From positions 1 to 43,152 of IMG/VR virus record IMGVR_UViG_3300031912_000026: 43,152 nt of DNA. The stretch is one strand, 5' to 3'. A program made the position numbers and the translations under genes. Positions within the stretch are counted from its first letter, which is position 1, and each line of letters begins with the position of its first letter. Shown here piece after piece: positions 27,849 through 37,083 of this stretch. Below the pieces are notes generated by a model. That model had not been told where the DNA came from and ran no database searches. It saw only the letters and a program-made list of their open reading frames with translations. The stretch comes from a virus (lineage: Duplodnaviria > Caudoviricetes).

Positions 27849-30187
27849 CTAAGCCCTCCAGGTCCGGCCGGAGGCGGGCGCGCTGCCGCCTGCTGCATGC
27901 GCTGCTGATGCATCTCGCCAGCCTGCTGCCTGCGCGACGCGGCATCCTCGCGCGCCATAGCCTGCCGGTTCTCAGACTCCCGCTGGGCAAGCATTGACTT
28001 TTGCTGTGCCAGCATCATCGCGGTATCACCCTTCTGCTTGTCCTGCTGCGTCTTGGCGGCAATCTGCAGAACCTTGGCGTTCGACTCGCGCATATCGTTC
28101 TGCGCGTCGCCGCGAGCAACCGCCTGCTGCCCGGACATTTTCATTTGCTCGATCCGCTCCTGACTGGCAGCCTCCTGCATCTTAAGCTGACGGTCCTTAT
28201 CGTTCTCGGAGCCCTGCCATTGAAGTTTCTGCTGCTCAAACTCGAGTTGCTGCTGTTGAATCGACGGCTGCTGCTGTTGACTTCCGCCCTGCTCCATCTG
28301 TGCGACAAGCTGATCTATTGCACCGTCCAGCGAGCGACCTACGCGGTAGGGCGCAATGGCGAACTTAAGCAGCTCGCCGCAGAACTGCGCGCTCTCCGGT
28401 TTCGCCGCGATCAACTGCGCGAGCTGCGGCAGCAACTGGGAAAGCACCTGCATAAACTCGGCGCGGCGCTGCTTCTCCAACTGTTCGTCCGGGAAGATCG
28501 TTGAGTCCGTCTCGATATCGAGCACGTACGCCCTCGCCCGGTTGTTCCGGATGAAGGCCATCACATCCTCCACAGTGGGCTTGGAGGCAAGCTGCGTCAT
28601 CATCTGCTGGGCGTGCGCCTGCACCTGCTGAAACTGCTGGATACCCTGCTGCGCCATGCCGGGGTTCTTGGAGACCGCCTGCTGCACCTGCGGCATCTGC
28701 ACGATCCGCCCGACCTGCGCCTTCTGCTGATTGAGCTGCTGCTCGATCCCCATCATCTGCTGTTTAAGCTCAGCCTTTGTGGGAAGCTGCATCTGACACA
28801 TTTGTAGGATAGTCTGCGCGGAGAACTTCTCCGTGATCACTTCAATCGTTTTCAGCACAAGGGCTTTCGCCATATGCGCCATATTTCGCTGCTTGTCACG
28901 GACGCGGACGGAGCCGTACTGAGTCTTGAGCTGCTGAGCCCCCAGGGTCTCCTGTGGATCGGTCGCACCGCGCATGATGTCGGACAAGCCCATGATCTGG
29001 TAGATGTCGTCAATCACCTGCTTGCGAAGCTGCACACAGCCTGTGATGACGTTGGCGATCATGTCGATTGGAAGCCAGATGATGACTTCCTTGGTGCCTC
29101 CGAACGCCGCCCAGTTGCTGACGGGTACAAGAATCCGCGAGGCGCTTTTCATCTTGACTGCAGCCTCTACGGCATCTCCCAATTCCGCCCCCCCGGCTGG
29201 ATAGAACCCCTTAACTTCCAGCGCCTCACTCAGCGCATGAATGCGTCCGGTGAGGAGGTTCACTTCGTCAAGCTGATCCTTGTAGTACATCACATCGGGG
29301 ATCGGGATCAGCGATCCGCGCTGCAGCGTGGAATAAGCGGGGCGGGGGCAGGGGAAGAAATCGCGAAATTCCATGTGAGGGTCGTCAACATCAAGGAGGT
29401 CCTCAACGCCCTCCGTCACCCAATACACTTGGTTGTCCAGCTTGCTCCAGATTTCCCAGAACTTGGCGCGAAGCGTCTCGTCCGTGCCTCCCTGATCCTT
29501 GACGTCCTTGTCGATTCGATAGGTCGCTGTTTTGTAAGCATCTCCGGACGTCGGTTCGAACCTAGCTTTAGCTTCTTCCGCTGTCAGGTACGCAGCAGCG
29601 GCAACCCACCCAACCTCCGCCCAGTTTCTAGAGACCGAATGTAGAAAGTCCCTCCTATGCTTGAAATCTATACTCACCTTCTCCGGGTTGCGGCCTTTTG
29701 CCGACTCAAAGCGTGGCCATGCTACGCCACGTCCAGCAAGGATCACGTCATCACGGATTTGAATCATCAGGTCGTCGATGTCGCAGTCATCGAACGCGAC
29801 GATGCAGCACCGCTCCATGACTTCTGCCGATACCTGAAACACTGGGCGGCGGTCCTTGAATTTCGGCACCACCACAGGGACCGGAGGGCGCGCGTAGATT
29901 GACGGTCCCATGACCGCAATGTTCGCCCAAAAGAGTTGAAATTCCTTGTCTCGCACCGCGTTGGAGAGCCGCTGCAGCGAGCCAAAAAGCTTGTCGATGT
30001 TGTCGCAGGAAGTGTTCCACTCCTTGTAGGCTTCCTCCGACTGCTCAAGCTGATCCATCCAATAGCGCGACGTCTTGGAGCGCTTGGAGTCGTCTGCCGG
30101 ATTGACGCCTGCGGGGAACGGCGGGGCTTTTTCCGCTGAGTTATCAGCGACTTTGCCCGGATAGTCCTTCATTGAGTCGGCCATCAC
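27845..30187 (-). CDS. Portal protein (P22-like, long C-terminal coil)
   Basis: 780 aa after the terminase, with FQLFWANI..PSIYARPPVPV, FFPCPRP and IYQIMGLSDIMRGA..ETLGAQQLK. Confidence 0.9.
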   Translation of the reverse strand: MMADSMKDYPGKVADNSAEKAPPFPAGVNPADDSKRSKTSRYWMDQLEQSEEAYKEWNTSCDNIDKLFGSLQRLSNAVRDKEFQLFWANIAVMGPSIYARPPVPVVVPKFKDRRPVFQVSAEVMERCCIVAFDDCDIDDLMIQIRDDVILAGRGVAWPRFESAKGRNPEKVSIDFKHRRDFLHSVSRNWAEVGWVAAAAYLTAEEAKARFEPTSGDAYKTATYRIDKDVKDQGGTDETLRAKFWEIWSKLDNQVYWVTEGVEDLLDVDDPHMEFRDFFPCPRPAYSTLQRGSLIPIPDVMYYKDQLDEVNLLTGRIHALSEALEVKGFYPAGGAELGDAVEAAVKMKSASRILVPVSNWAAFGGTKEVIIWLPIDMIANVITGCVQLRKQVIDDIYQIMGLSDIMRGATDPQETLGAQQLKTQYGSVRVRDKQRNMAHMAKALVLKTIEVITEKFSAQTILQMCQMQLPTKAELKQQMMGIEQQLNQQKAQVGRIVQMPQVQQAVSKNPGMAQQGIQQFQQVQAHAQQMMTQLASKPTVEDVMAFIRNNRARAYVLDIETDSTIFPDEQLEKQRRAEFMQVLSQLLPQLAQLIAAKPESAQFCGELLKFAIAPYRVGRSLDGAIDQLVAQMEQGGSQQQQPSIQQQQLEFEQQKLQWQGSENDKDRQLKMQEAASQERIEQMKMSGQQAVARGDAQNDMRESNAKVLQIAAKTQQDKQKGDTAMMLAQQKSMLAQRESENRQAMAREDAASRRQQAGEMHQQRMQQAAARPPPAGPGGLR

Positions 30188-30238
30188 GTCCTCTCGCGCC
30201 GCGCGCGCAATCAGTCCGGACGTGTGCCTAGTCTCGAC

Positions 30239-30457
30239 TTATAGCTTGCTCAGCAGCATCTGCAATGCCGCCTTGAGCCACGCCGTTTCCTCGCGCGTCA
30301 GCGAAATGAGCACGCCGCGCGTCAGCGGGCAGTTGTGGCGCCCACAGGGAGCCCGATAGCCGGAGCAGGCGGGGCACCATTCGGTGCCCGGCCGCGGCAC
30401 CTGATCGTCATAGCCGGGCCACTCACTACCCACGTTGATCAGGCAACTCTCTGTCAC
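30239..30457 (-). CDS. Small Cys-rich protein
   Basis: WCPAC..PCGRHNCP; lies in the operon. Confidence 0.45.
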   Translation of the reverse strand: MTESCLINVGSEWPGYDDQVPRPGTEWCPACSGYRAPCGRHNCPLTRGVLISLTREETAWLKAALQMLLSKL

Positions 30458-30845
30458 TGCTCAGCTCGATCCGCTGCGGCTTGAAAATCGACCGATTGAT
30501 CGCCATGAACGCCTCCTCGATCTTGGTCCGGCCGATGGCAAGCCAGCGCTTATCGGTGCGCTCCTGCTTCGCCAGAAAATCGAGTCGACGGAGGATCAGC
30601 TCCTCGTTGCGCTTCATGTCATTCACGTTGTCCACAGCCCAGTCATCCTGCGACACGTAGCCCGACACGGGCAGCGGCTTGTATGGAAAATCGCTCAATG
30701 TGTTTTCTCCTATGGTTTGGTCAACCTCTTCCATCATCGTCCTCCCGCAGATATCACACGTCTCGCCCGGCTTGAGATGACACTCCCCGCAGGGCAGCTC
30801 GATCAGCGCGTCACTTCCCCAGCGGGTTATCCACAGGCTTGCCAC
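30426..30845 (-). CDS. acb2: Acb2 (T4 Vs.4-like) cyclic-nucleotide sponge, anti-CBASS, with optional N-terminal Zn finger
   Basis: VSGY..VN.MK..DKRWLAIGRTKIEEAFMAINRSIFKP matches the Acb2 signature as recalled (GY..N..K..RWLAIG.T..MA..R.I..P). Confidence 0.75.
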   Translation of the reverse strand: MASLWITRWGSDALIELPCGECHLKPGETCDICGRTMMEEVDQTIGENTLSDFPYKPLPVSGYVSQDDWAVDNVNDMKRNEELILRRLDFLAKQERTDKRWLAIGRTKIEEAFMAINRSIFKPQRIELSSDRELPDQRG

Positions 30846-31242
30846 GCAGGATCACTCCCATCACTTCCGCGAGCCGCACCTTGTAGCCCAGCGCAATCTT
30901 GCCGATCCGCTGCGCCTCGATCGCATCCGAGCACTGCATGTGATAGTTGGTGCACGCCACCCTCACCGACGCGGCTTGCCCCTCCGTCAGCGTCACCCCG
31001 TTGATGATTATCTCCGGCTCTTCCACAAAAGGCTTGGCGCGCGGGTAGTTGCCCTGCAGGTTCGCCGCGTGCTCCTGCTGCTGCCGCTGCTGCTGCATCT
31101 CTCCCACGGTCCCCTCAACCGCGCCTTGACCCCGCAGCTCCTGCGCCTGCCGCTGCGCACGCTTCGCGTCCCAGTGCTCCTGCTGCTCCTGCGCCTTGCG
31201 CTGCGCCTCAGCCAATGGAGCGAATTTCGACTCGTTGGTCAT
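30811..31242 (-). CDS. Hypothetical protein
   Basis: ATG at 31242 is coupled to the TerL stop; C-terminal EPEIIINGVTLTEGQAASVRVA motif. Confidence 0.6.
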   Translation of the reverse strand: MTNESKFAPLAEAQRKAQEQQEHWDAKRAQRQAQELRGQGAVEGTVGEMQQQRQQQEHAANLQGNYPRAKPFVEEPEIIINGVTLTEGQAASVRVACTNYHMQCSDAIEAQRIGKIALGYKVRLAEVMGVILRGKPVDNPLGK

Positions 31243-32648
31243 AATCTGATCCCTCTGTGCGTAACAACCTCCTCCGGGGGCGGAATGATCCACCCCCTGG
31301 AGCGTGTGCGAGGCCGATAAGATGGAACGGATAGAGGTCGCCACGCAAGTCCCAGATAGCGAAATGCCGCTGCGGGATGCGAGCACCAGTCGTGAACGTC
31401 TGTGGTGCGGAACGCTTTTCGCTCTGGGTCCCATTCTCTGCGGTATTGCTCTAGCGCTGCTAACCCATGCGCCTCACACCGCGGATGAAACACGCAGAAC
31501 GGCAGCGTCCTGCGCGCCGCCTCGATCCCATCCTGAAACGTCGCGTTGGGCACCAGCAGCGGGTGCAGTCCATAGAGCTGCATGGACTCAATGCGGGTCC
31601 GCGAGCTTCCCCACTCCTTGACCTTGGCGTCATGCGGCACGTAATCGTTGCCGTCGAGCCAGCCGTACTGCTCTCTGCGCTGCCTGACCTCATCCGCGAA
31701 GTGCTCCACCCCCATCTGAGAGGCGGAGTAATCGTCCAGGATCATGATCTGGGCGCCCTGCTGCTGCCACCACCAGATAGACGTATCATCGCGCACCCCG
31801 ATGTCCCAGGCGCGGTGCACCGGCGCGTGGAGGTCTGCCGGAACAGGCTGTACGCGATCCTCGCTCCGCACGCGCTGCATCTCCAGCGCGAAGTAAGCGC
31901 CGAGAATAGCCGCATTGAACGAGCACAAATACTCCTGCTCATACTGGGCACGGCCGACGTCCTCCCCGAAGAGCTGCTGATACTCGCTCAGCGCGTCGCG
32001 ACACTGCTGTCTGGTGAGGGCGCCGGTGTCCTTGATGGTGAGCAACTGGCCAAACCAGCGAGAATCGTTTCCGTGTTTGGCGTAGTCGTACAGCGCCTTG
32101 GCATGATTTCGTCCGCGGGGTGTCGTGATGAATAGAGCCCAGCCGTCGTTTTCCTCCAGAATAGGTCTATGATAAGCCCATGCCTGTGGGTTAGCCAAAG
32201 CCCACTCAGAATAAGTGATCCCAACAGTAGAACTGCCAAGGGTCGCATCATAGCGATCGCTCCCGATGACTTGCCACGTGCTCCCATTCTTGAACCTGAT
32301 AAACATCTCGTTTTCATTGGTCGCCTCCCGCAGCTCCACAGGAAAGGCTTCGTCGATCCGTCGTTTGCCGGTGTGAGAGTTGACAGCGGTCCAAATAGCT
32401 TTTCTGCCCTGCTCAAACTCCGGGAGGCAGTGCCAATAATTTCCCACTCGTTCGAAGGCGGAGCACGCAGCATGATGCAATGCCACGTCATCCTTCCCCG
32501 CACGCCGGTGCCAAATCGCAATTGCACGTTTTCCCCCTGCCTGCAGGAAGTCCCACAGGGAATTTTGATACCAGCGCGGCTCCCAGTTATTTGGGAGGCG
32601 AATGCTCGATCGTGAGCGGAGGACGTCCGGTAGATTGCTGCGTGTCAC
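31239..32648 (-). CDS. terL: Terminase large subunit
   Basis: PRWYQ, Walker A WHRRAGKD, SEWA, FITTPRGRNH, and nuclease motifs AWDIGVRDDT, VPHDA, HDWCSHPAAAFRY. Confidence 0.96.
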   Translation of the reverse strand: MTRSNLPDVLRSRSSIRLPNNWEPRWYQNSLWDFLQAGGKRAIAIWHRRAGKDDVALHHAACSAFERVGNYWHCLPEFEQGRKAIWTAVNSHTGKRRIDEAFPVELREATNENEMFIRFKNGSTWQVIGSDRYDATLGSSTVGITYSEWALANPQAWAYHRPILEENDGWALFITTPRGRNHAKALYDYAKHGNDSRWFGQLLTIKDTGALTRQQCRDALSEYQQLFGEDVGRAQYEQEYLCSFNAAILGAYFALEMQRVRSEDRVQPVPADLHAPVHRAWDIGVRDDTSIWWWQQQGAQIMILDDYSASQMGVEHFADEVRQRREQYGWLDGNDYVPHDAKVKEWGSSRTRIESMQLYGLHPLLVPNATFQDGIEAARRTLPFCVFHPRCEAHGLAALEQYRREWDPERKAFRTTDVHDWCSHPAAAFRYLGLAWRPLSVPSYRPRTRSRGWIIPPPEEVVTHRGIRL

Positions 32649-33333
32649 GTTTCACAATCTCTACGCTGATCGCTTGGAGACTGTGTGCCTGGATTTGAAG
32701 GGGGATCACCTTAGCGAGCAATCCCATAAAAGCAACAGGGTGGGTGCGGGCCTGTTTCCTCAGCCACCTGATCAAGCCGTCATGATCGGCGCCGTTGCCG
32801 CCGCCCTCCAGGTCCGCGGCACGGATAATGGCATCCTTCAGCAGCATCCCCATGCGGCCCATTCCGCGCATCCTATTGCGCAAGCGGGGCTTTACAACCT
32901 TGGGTAGACTCGAGTTTTCTGGGCGCGATGACAAACGACTTCGCGGCTGGAGTCCCGCGCCCGGCGATCCCGATTGATACGGAGGGGGTACAGCAGGGCT
33001 CTCCCTGTGACCGTGACCCGGGGTAGCGCTCACAGTGCTACGCGCTGTGGCGCTACCGTCTGGAGCGCTCGGGCGAGTAGCAGCGTCAGCACAACCGCGG
33101 CGCGTGTCGCGCTGCGGTTGTGCGGGCTCTGCTACTCGCGATGCCTCACGAGCAGCGCGCCGCGCTGCTGCGCTCGCGCGCAGCGCCGCGAGCCGCTTAG
33201 CTTCCACAGCGCGTTGTTTCGCTGGTGACCATGCATCAGCGCTCCGCGTTGCGTCTGATTTGCGAGCGCTCGTTTTCGGAGTCTTTTTCGGGGTCTTGGG
33301 AGCCATTGCCTGAAAATCCTTCGGACGATCCAC
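32587..33333 (-). CDS. terS: Terminase small subunit with long basic disordered N-terminus
   Basis: LLKDAIIRAA..GLIRWLRKQA..PVAFMGLLAKVIP core, directly upstream of terL. Start is uncertain (possibly 33306). Confidence 0.65.
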   Translation of the reverse strand: MDRPKDFQAMAPKTPKKTPKTSARKSDATRSADAWSPAKQRAVEAKRLAALRASAAARRAAREASRVAEPAQPQRDTRRGCADAATRPSAPDGSATARSTVSATPGHGHRESPAVPPPYQSGSPGAGLQPRSRLSSRPENSSLPKVVKPRLRNRMRGMGRMGMLLKDAIIRAADLEGGGNGADHDGLIRWLRKQARTHPVAFMGLLAKVIPLQIQAHSLQAISVEIVKRDTQQSTGRPPLTIEHSPPK

Positions 33334-33427
33334 AGAACCCGAAACTTAAACCTTGTTGTCTCCCTGGTGCAAATTGCGCGAATAAGCTTGGAAATTTTCG
33401 CAGGTCCCGCGGTCCTCCAAATCCCCG

Positions 33428-33572
33428 ACCTATCCAAACGTATCCAAGCGCATTTGGATACGTTTTGGATAGGTTTGCCTTGGATAGGCTAAGTGGTTGA
33501 TTATATGAATATATATTTGAAATCATCCTCTCTAGTAAACCTATCCAAGTCCGCTTGGATAGGTTTTGGATA
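33428..33572. repeat. Eight TATCCAA/TTGGATA heptamers forming palindromes around an AT-rich core (candidate origin or pac site)
   Basis: Copies at 33431, 33441 and 33542 (TATCCAA) and at 33454, 33465, 33480, 33555 and 33566 (TTGGATA). AT core TTATATGAATATATATTTGAAAT. Confidence 0.85.
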
Positions 33573-33601
33573 CATTCTCTTTCCAGTTGCATCTTTTTCT
33601 C

Positions 33602-33669
33602 TTGCATTCGCTGCCCATTGGTCCTAGAACATTCCGAGGGCGTTTCAGCCCTTGGAGAACCTGTCAATG
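33602..33669 (+). promoter_or_regulatory. Early sigma70-type promoter with structured leader (P1)
   Basis: TTGCAT-N17-TAGAAC, then CATTCCG, the hairpin CCGAGGGC/GCCCTTGG, and GGAGAACCTGTCAATG. Confidence 0.65.
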
Positions 33670-33834
33670 TTTAACCCCAACGTCGATATGACCACAGAAG
33701 CCCTGGTGTTCCTGGCGATCAGCCTTGGAATGATCCGCAGCGAACGTGATTTCATGGAGCGCAGCGAGCAAGCGCGCTGCGTCATCCTGCGTCAGGTCTG
33801 GCGCTATCTCGACAAGCAACCGAAAGGACATTGA
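33667..33834 (+). CDS. Small early hypothetical protein
   Basis: GGAGA SD and ATG at 33667. Confidence 0.6.
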   Translation: MFNPNVDMTTEALVFLAISLGMIRSERDFMERSEQARCVILRQVWRYLDKQPKGH

Positions 33835-33837
33835 AGC

Positions 33838-34023
33838 ATGATCGACCCCAAACTTGTGCGGGATCTGGAACGTCGCATTGCGACGTTCTCCGCGTCTCTG
33901 CAAACCAAACTGACAGAGCCGCAGCGCTTCGCGGTCCTCACAGCGCGGACCGCGCTGCAAAAGATTTTGGAGGATTGGCACAACGGCATTTTTCTAGGAG
34001 GCAATGACGATGCAACGAGCTGA
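33838..34023 (+). CDS. Small early hypothetical protein
   Basis: AAAGGA SD; helical composition. Confidence 0.6.
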   Translation: MIDPKLVRDLERRIATFSASLQTKLTEPQRFAVLTARTALQKILEDWHNGIFLGGNDDATS

Positions 34024-34279
34024 AGCCCTCACCTATCTTTCGTTCGCGGTTGATGACGCCATGAACGAGCGCACATTGGACGAGATGCCACGGGACGCGC
34101 GCTTGGTGCGTCTCGTTGGCTGGCAATGCGGCTTTGAGCCGCTGTTCGTCGCGGTATGGTCCTATCTGCCGGACACGCGACTCGACGCTGAGGAGGCCGC
34201 GGAGCTTGCTACGGACCTGCTCCTGGAAAAGAAGTGGTTTGCTGATCCCCAGCAAACTGAGCCCGATTTCATCATTTAA
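34004..34279 (+). CDS. Small acidic early protein
   Basis: AGGAGG SD; start at 34004 or 34010. Confidence 0.6.
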   Translation: MTMQRAEALTYLSFAVDDAMNERTLDEMPRDARLVRLVGWQCGFEPLFVAVWSYLPDTRLDAEEAAELATDLLLEKKWFADPQQTEPDFII

Positions 34280-34298
34280 CCCTGTGGGAGAATCTGTC

Positions 34299-34661
34299 AT
34301 GTCAACGTCGCTGAAAACCAATCCTGAGCCGCTGCTGTTCTCCGACTCCGCGCGCGGTATCTACATTCCGCAGCACTTCGCGCAGTCGATCAACCGCGAG
34401 TACGTCACTGGGGGTGTTGAGCCTGAGGACTGGACGTCGCTTGAGGCAGGTCCGGACTCGGAGAACTACTGGGAGTCGTGGGATCAGGTCCTAACCAATT
34501 GCGTCATAACCGACGCTGACGGCATTGTCTGGACCTTGCACCAGGATGGGGACCTGTGGCTGATCCCGCAGGGCATGGAGTGGAGCGAGGATAAGGACTG
34601 CTTTGTGTGGCCGGAAGACTCTGAGCCCGACACCACTAGCCGCGCGTCCCATTTCTCGTAA
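34299..34661 (+). CDS. Conserved acidic, Trp-rich early phage protein
   Basis: DSARGIYIPQHF..GPDSENYWESWDQVL..LHQDGDLW; GGGAGA SD. Confidence 0.7.
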   Translation: MSTSLKTNPEPLLFSDSARGIYIPQHFAQSINREYVTGGVEPEDWTSLEAGPDSENYWESWDQVLTNCVITDADGIVWTLHQDGDLWLIPQGMEWSEDKDCFVWPEDSEPDTTSRASHFS

Positions 34662-34679
34662 GCCCGAGTCCTCCAAACT

Positions 34680-34708
34680 GAGCCCGCAAAAAAGCGGGCT
34701 CTTTTTTT
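34680..34708 (+). terminator. Intrinsic terminator
   Basis: GAGCCCGC-aaaaaa-GCGGGCTC-TTTTTTT. Confidence 0.9.
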
Positions 34709-34711
34709 ATG

Positions 34712-34823
34712 TCTAGGTCCCATTTGCCTGTTGACCATTGGGCCTAGATCGTGCTTTCTAGGGCAGGGACATTCCGTCCCGCAACGCATGGGCGATTCAG
34801 CCCTAACCACAGGATTTGATACC
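34712..34823 (+). promoter_or_regulatory. Promoter/operator and structured leader of the DUF932 gene (P2)
   Basis: Inverted repeat TCTAGGTCCCAT-N13-ATTGGGCCTAGA enclosing TTGACC. Hairpins GGGA-CATTCCG-TCCC and GGGCGATTCAGCCC. Confidence 0.6.
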
Positions 34824-35846
34824 ATGGCACATAATATCGACCGTTCGAACGGCCGCGACAACATCGCGTTTTTGGGTTCGCGTAACTCGATTTGGCACCG
34901 TCTTGGGCAGGAAATGTCCAAGGGAATGACGATTGACCAGTGGCAGCAGGCCGCGGGCCTCAACTGGGAAGCAATCAAGGTCCCCGCGATTGCTCACCTG
35001 CGCGGCGCGGACTTTGATCACCTAGACCCCAAACTGCGTTTCCAGGAAGTGGAGGAGCGCAATTTTCTGGCGCGGTCCGACACCGGACACGTTTTGGGGT
35101 ACGTCAGCGATCGCTATCAGCCTGTGCAACCGCGCGAGGTTCTTGATTGGTTTCAGCGCTACATCAGCGTCGACGATCGCTTTCAACTGGATGTCGCGGG
35201 CTCTTTGAAGCAAGGCGAAATCATTTGGGCAACCGCGACATTCAACGGCGACTTGACCGTTGCTGGTGATCGCCACACGGCGCGCTTGCTGATGACAACC
35301 ACGTTCGACGGATCAGGCGCCACGATCAACCGCGGTTGCGTGGAGCGTGTCGTATGCAACAATACCCTGGACGTCGCGCTTGCGGAGTCCGGTGCGATCG
35401 TCCGAACCCGCCACAGCACCAAGTTTGACGCGAAGCGAGTCAGCAACGAGCTGGCGCGCATTGCCAAGGGCTTTGAGCGCTACAAGGCGGTAGGTGACGC
35501 GATGGCACAAGTGGAAATGTCCAAGGAGGCGGTTGCGGACTTTTTCAAGGATATCCTGGACATTCCGCGGGACGCGAAGCGGGACGATATCAGCTCGCGT
35601 AAGCAGAACCAATACAAGGCCATGGGGCAAGCGTACGGGACTAGCGTACGCGAGGGCGCACCAGAGCGGAGCGTGTGGGCAGCGCTTAATGCGGTGACTC
35701 GCTATGTCGATCATGACCGCATTGGAGGCAATGACGAAACCAAGTTTTTATCCGCCGAGTTTGGCAGCGGCGCGGACATGAAAGGGCAAGCCATGGGCCT
35801 GTTGCTGCCTCTGATCAAGGATAAGGTCCCAGTGCTGATCCGGTAG
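34824..35846 (+). CDS. DUF932 / TIGR03299-family phage-plasmid protein
   Basis: MAHNI..WHRLG..AGLNW..RSDT..LGYVSDRYQPVQP..AGSLKQG..TTFDGS..RVVCNNTL..RH..WAALNAVTRYVDH. Confidence 0.9.
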   Translation: MAHNIDRSNGRDNIAFLGSRNSIWHRLGQEMSKGMTIDQWQQAAGLNWEAIKVPAIAHLRGADFDHLDPKLRFQEVEERNFLARSDTGHVLGYVSDRYQPVQPREVLDWFQRYISVDDRFQLDVAGSLKQGEIIWATATFNGDLTVAGDRHTARLLMTTTFDGSGATINRGCVERVVCNNTLDVALAESGAIVRTRHSTKFDAKRVSNELARIAKGFERYKAVGDAMAQVEMSKEAVADFFKDILDIPRDAKRDDISSRKQNQYKAMGQAYGTSVREGAPERSVWAALNAVTRYVDHDRIGGNDETKFLSAEFGSGADMKGQAMGLLLPLIKDKVPVLIR

Positions 35847-35936
35847 CGCGTACAGCACTAGGAGCTGAGGGCAGGCGCCGTGAAAACGGTCACCTGCCTT
35901 CAGCCATTAGGGGCACCAGAAAACGGAGAATCTGTC

Positions 35937-36401
35937 ATGTCGAGATATCAAGCTATTCGGACCTACTACTATCCACCCACGAATCACCGCGGCGCAAAGT
36001 GCAAGGCTGTCAGCGCGTCGGGCCTCTACCTCACAACGCCATGGGACGAGAACAAGACAATCGAGGATAACCACATCAGCGCCGCGCGAGCGCTCGCGTG
36101 CAAGTATTCCTGGAACGGTTCCTATGTCATGGGCGGACTGGACAAGCGCGGTTTTGTGTTTGTGTGCGCGGACCTGCCTGAGCCCTTTATCGGCTCCACG
36201 TTTCGCGTGGGTGATCGTCCTAGCGTCCCTGTGGGCAAAGAGCTGACGCCACAAGAGGCAGCGGACCTGCTGCCCAAGGTCCGCGGGGATATCCACCCAC
36301 TAGGGCAGTACGATCGACTCAAGCTCACCCATGGCACGGAGTCGGAGCTGGCAAAGCTTAACGACGTTGAACCTCGCACTGCTGCCGGTTCATTGGACTA
36401 G
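35937..36401 (+). CDS. Conserved early phage protein (PTN.RG..NH..AA family)
   Basis: YYPPTNHRGAKCKA..PWD..NHISAA..GG..GFVFV; GGAGA SD. Confidence 0.7.
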   Translation: MSRYQAIRTYYYPPTNHRGAKCKAVSASGLYLTTPWDENKTIEDNHISAARALACKYSWNGSYVMGGLDKRGFVFVCADLPEPFIGSTFRVGDRPSVPVGKELTPQEAADLLPKVRGDIHPLGQYDRLKLTHGTESELAKLNDVEPRTAAGSLD

Positions 36402-36412
36402 GAGTCGAGCAC

Positions 36413-36856
36413 ATGAAACGAGCAGCAATCTTGCTCGCTGGTGCGGCCGCGCTTTGCGCGGCCGTTCCTGCGTCAGCTCAGGTCCGCCGCATTGATTCGG
36501 TAGTCCTGCTCTGCACTCCGCCCATAGATTTCCGCGAGGCTGATCCAATCGTTCGGACCTATGTTGCTTTCAACGCGGACCAAACCACAGTTGAGGCAAT
36601 GTCGATCAATCACGAGGCCCGTTCCGGTGTCCGGTACGATCGCTTTCAACAGTACGATTTCAAAGTAGGCGTTTTTGACGGGATGTATGGATGGACGGGA
36701 GTCTATCTCAACAAGGCGTCAGTCATCATGTCCGGTGCGGCATATGTCGCAACGGACGGGCTCTGGTACTACCGCGAACGGCTCTGGGAAAACGGCATAG
36801 CGAAATGGGATCACACGATCCCGTGCAGCGTTATTAAACACGAGGTTAGGCCATGA
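36413..36856 (+). CDS. Exported protein with Sec signal peptide (superinfection-exclusion candidate)
   Basis: MKRAAILLAGAAALCAAVPASA-Q signal peptide with AxA cleavage site; AGGAG SD. Confidence 0.65.
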   Translation: MKRAAILLAGAAALCAAVPASAQVRRIDSVVLLCTPPIDFREADPIVRTYVAFNADQTTVEAMSINHEARSGVRYDRFQQYDFKVGVFDGMYGWTGVYLNKASVIMSGAAYVATDGLWYYRERLWENGIAKWDHTIPCSVIKHEVRP

Positions 36857-37083
36857 GTCAGCCAACTGGCATCTATCAGTTCTTACACCAGAGCCGAAAA
36901 ACAGCACAGCAAGAGCCCGACGCGAGTCGGGCTCAAGATGCTTCTAGGGAGGTTTGCAGGCTGATCAGGAACGAGCTAGGCGCGGACCTAGACCCCATGG
37001 CGTTCCGTTTGTTCCTACGTCTGTACTGGCATAAGCTCTCCACACTCTGTCACGAGATACACGAGAACGAGGGCACACAATGA
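36853..37083 (+). CDS. Small hypothetical protein
   Basis: ATGA-coupled on both sides. Confidence 0.6.
   Translation: MSQPTGIYQFLHQSRKTAQQEPDASRAQDASREVCRLIRNELGADLDPMAFRLFLRLYWHKLSTLCHEIHENEGTQ

Noticed and set aside
33236-33667. 143-aa - strand ORF across the heptamer repeat locus
   Set aside because: It translates the palindromic repeats and promoter, has no protein-like features, and is better explained as a cis-acting site.
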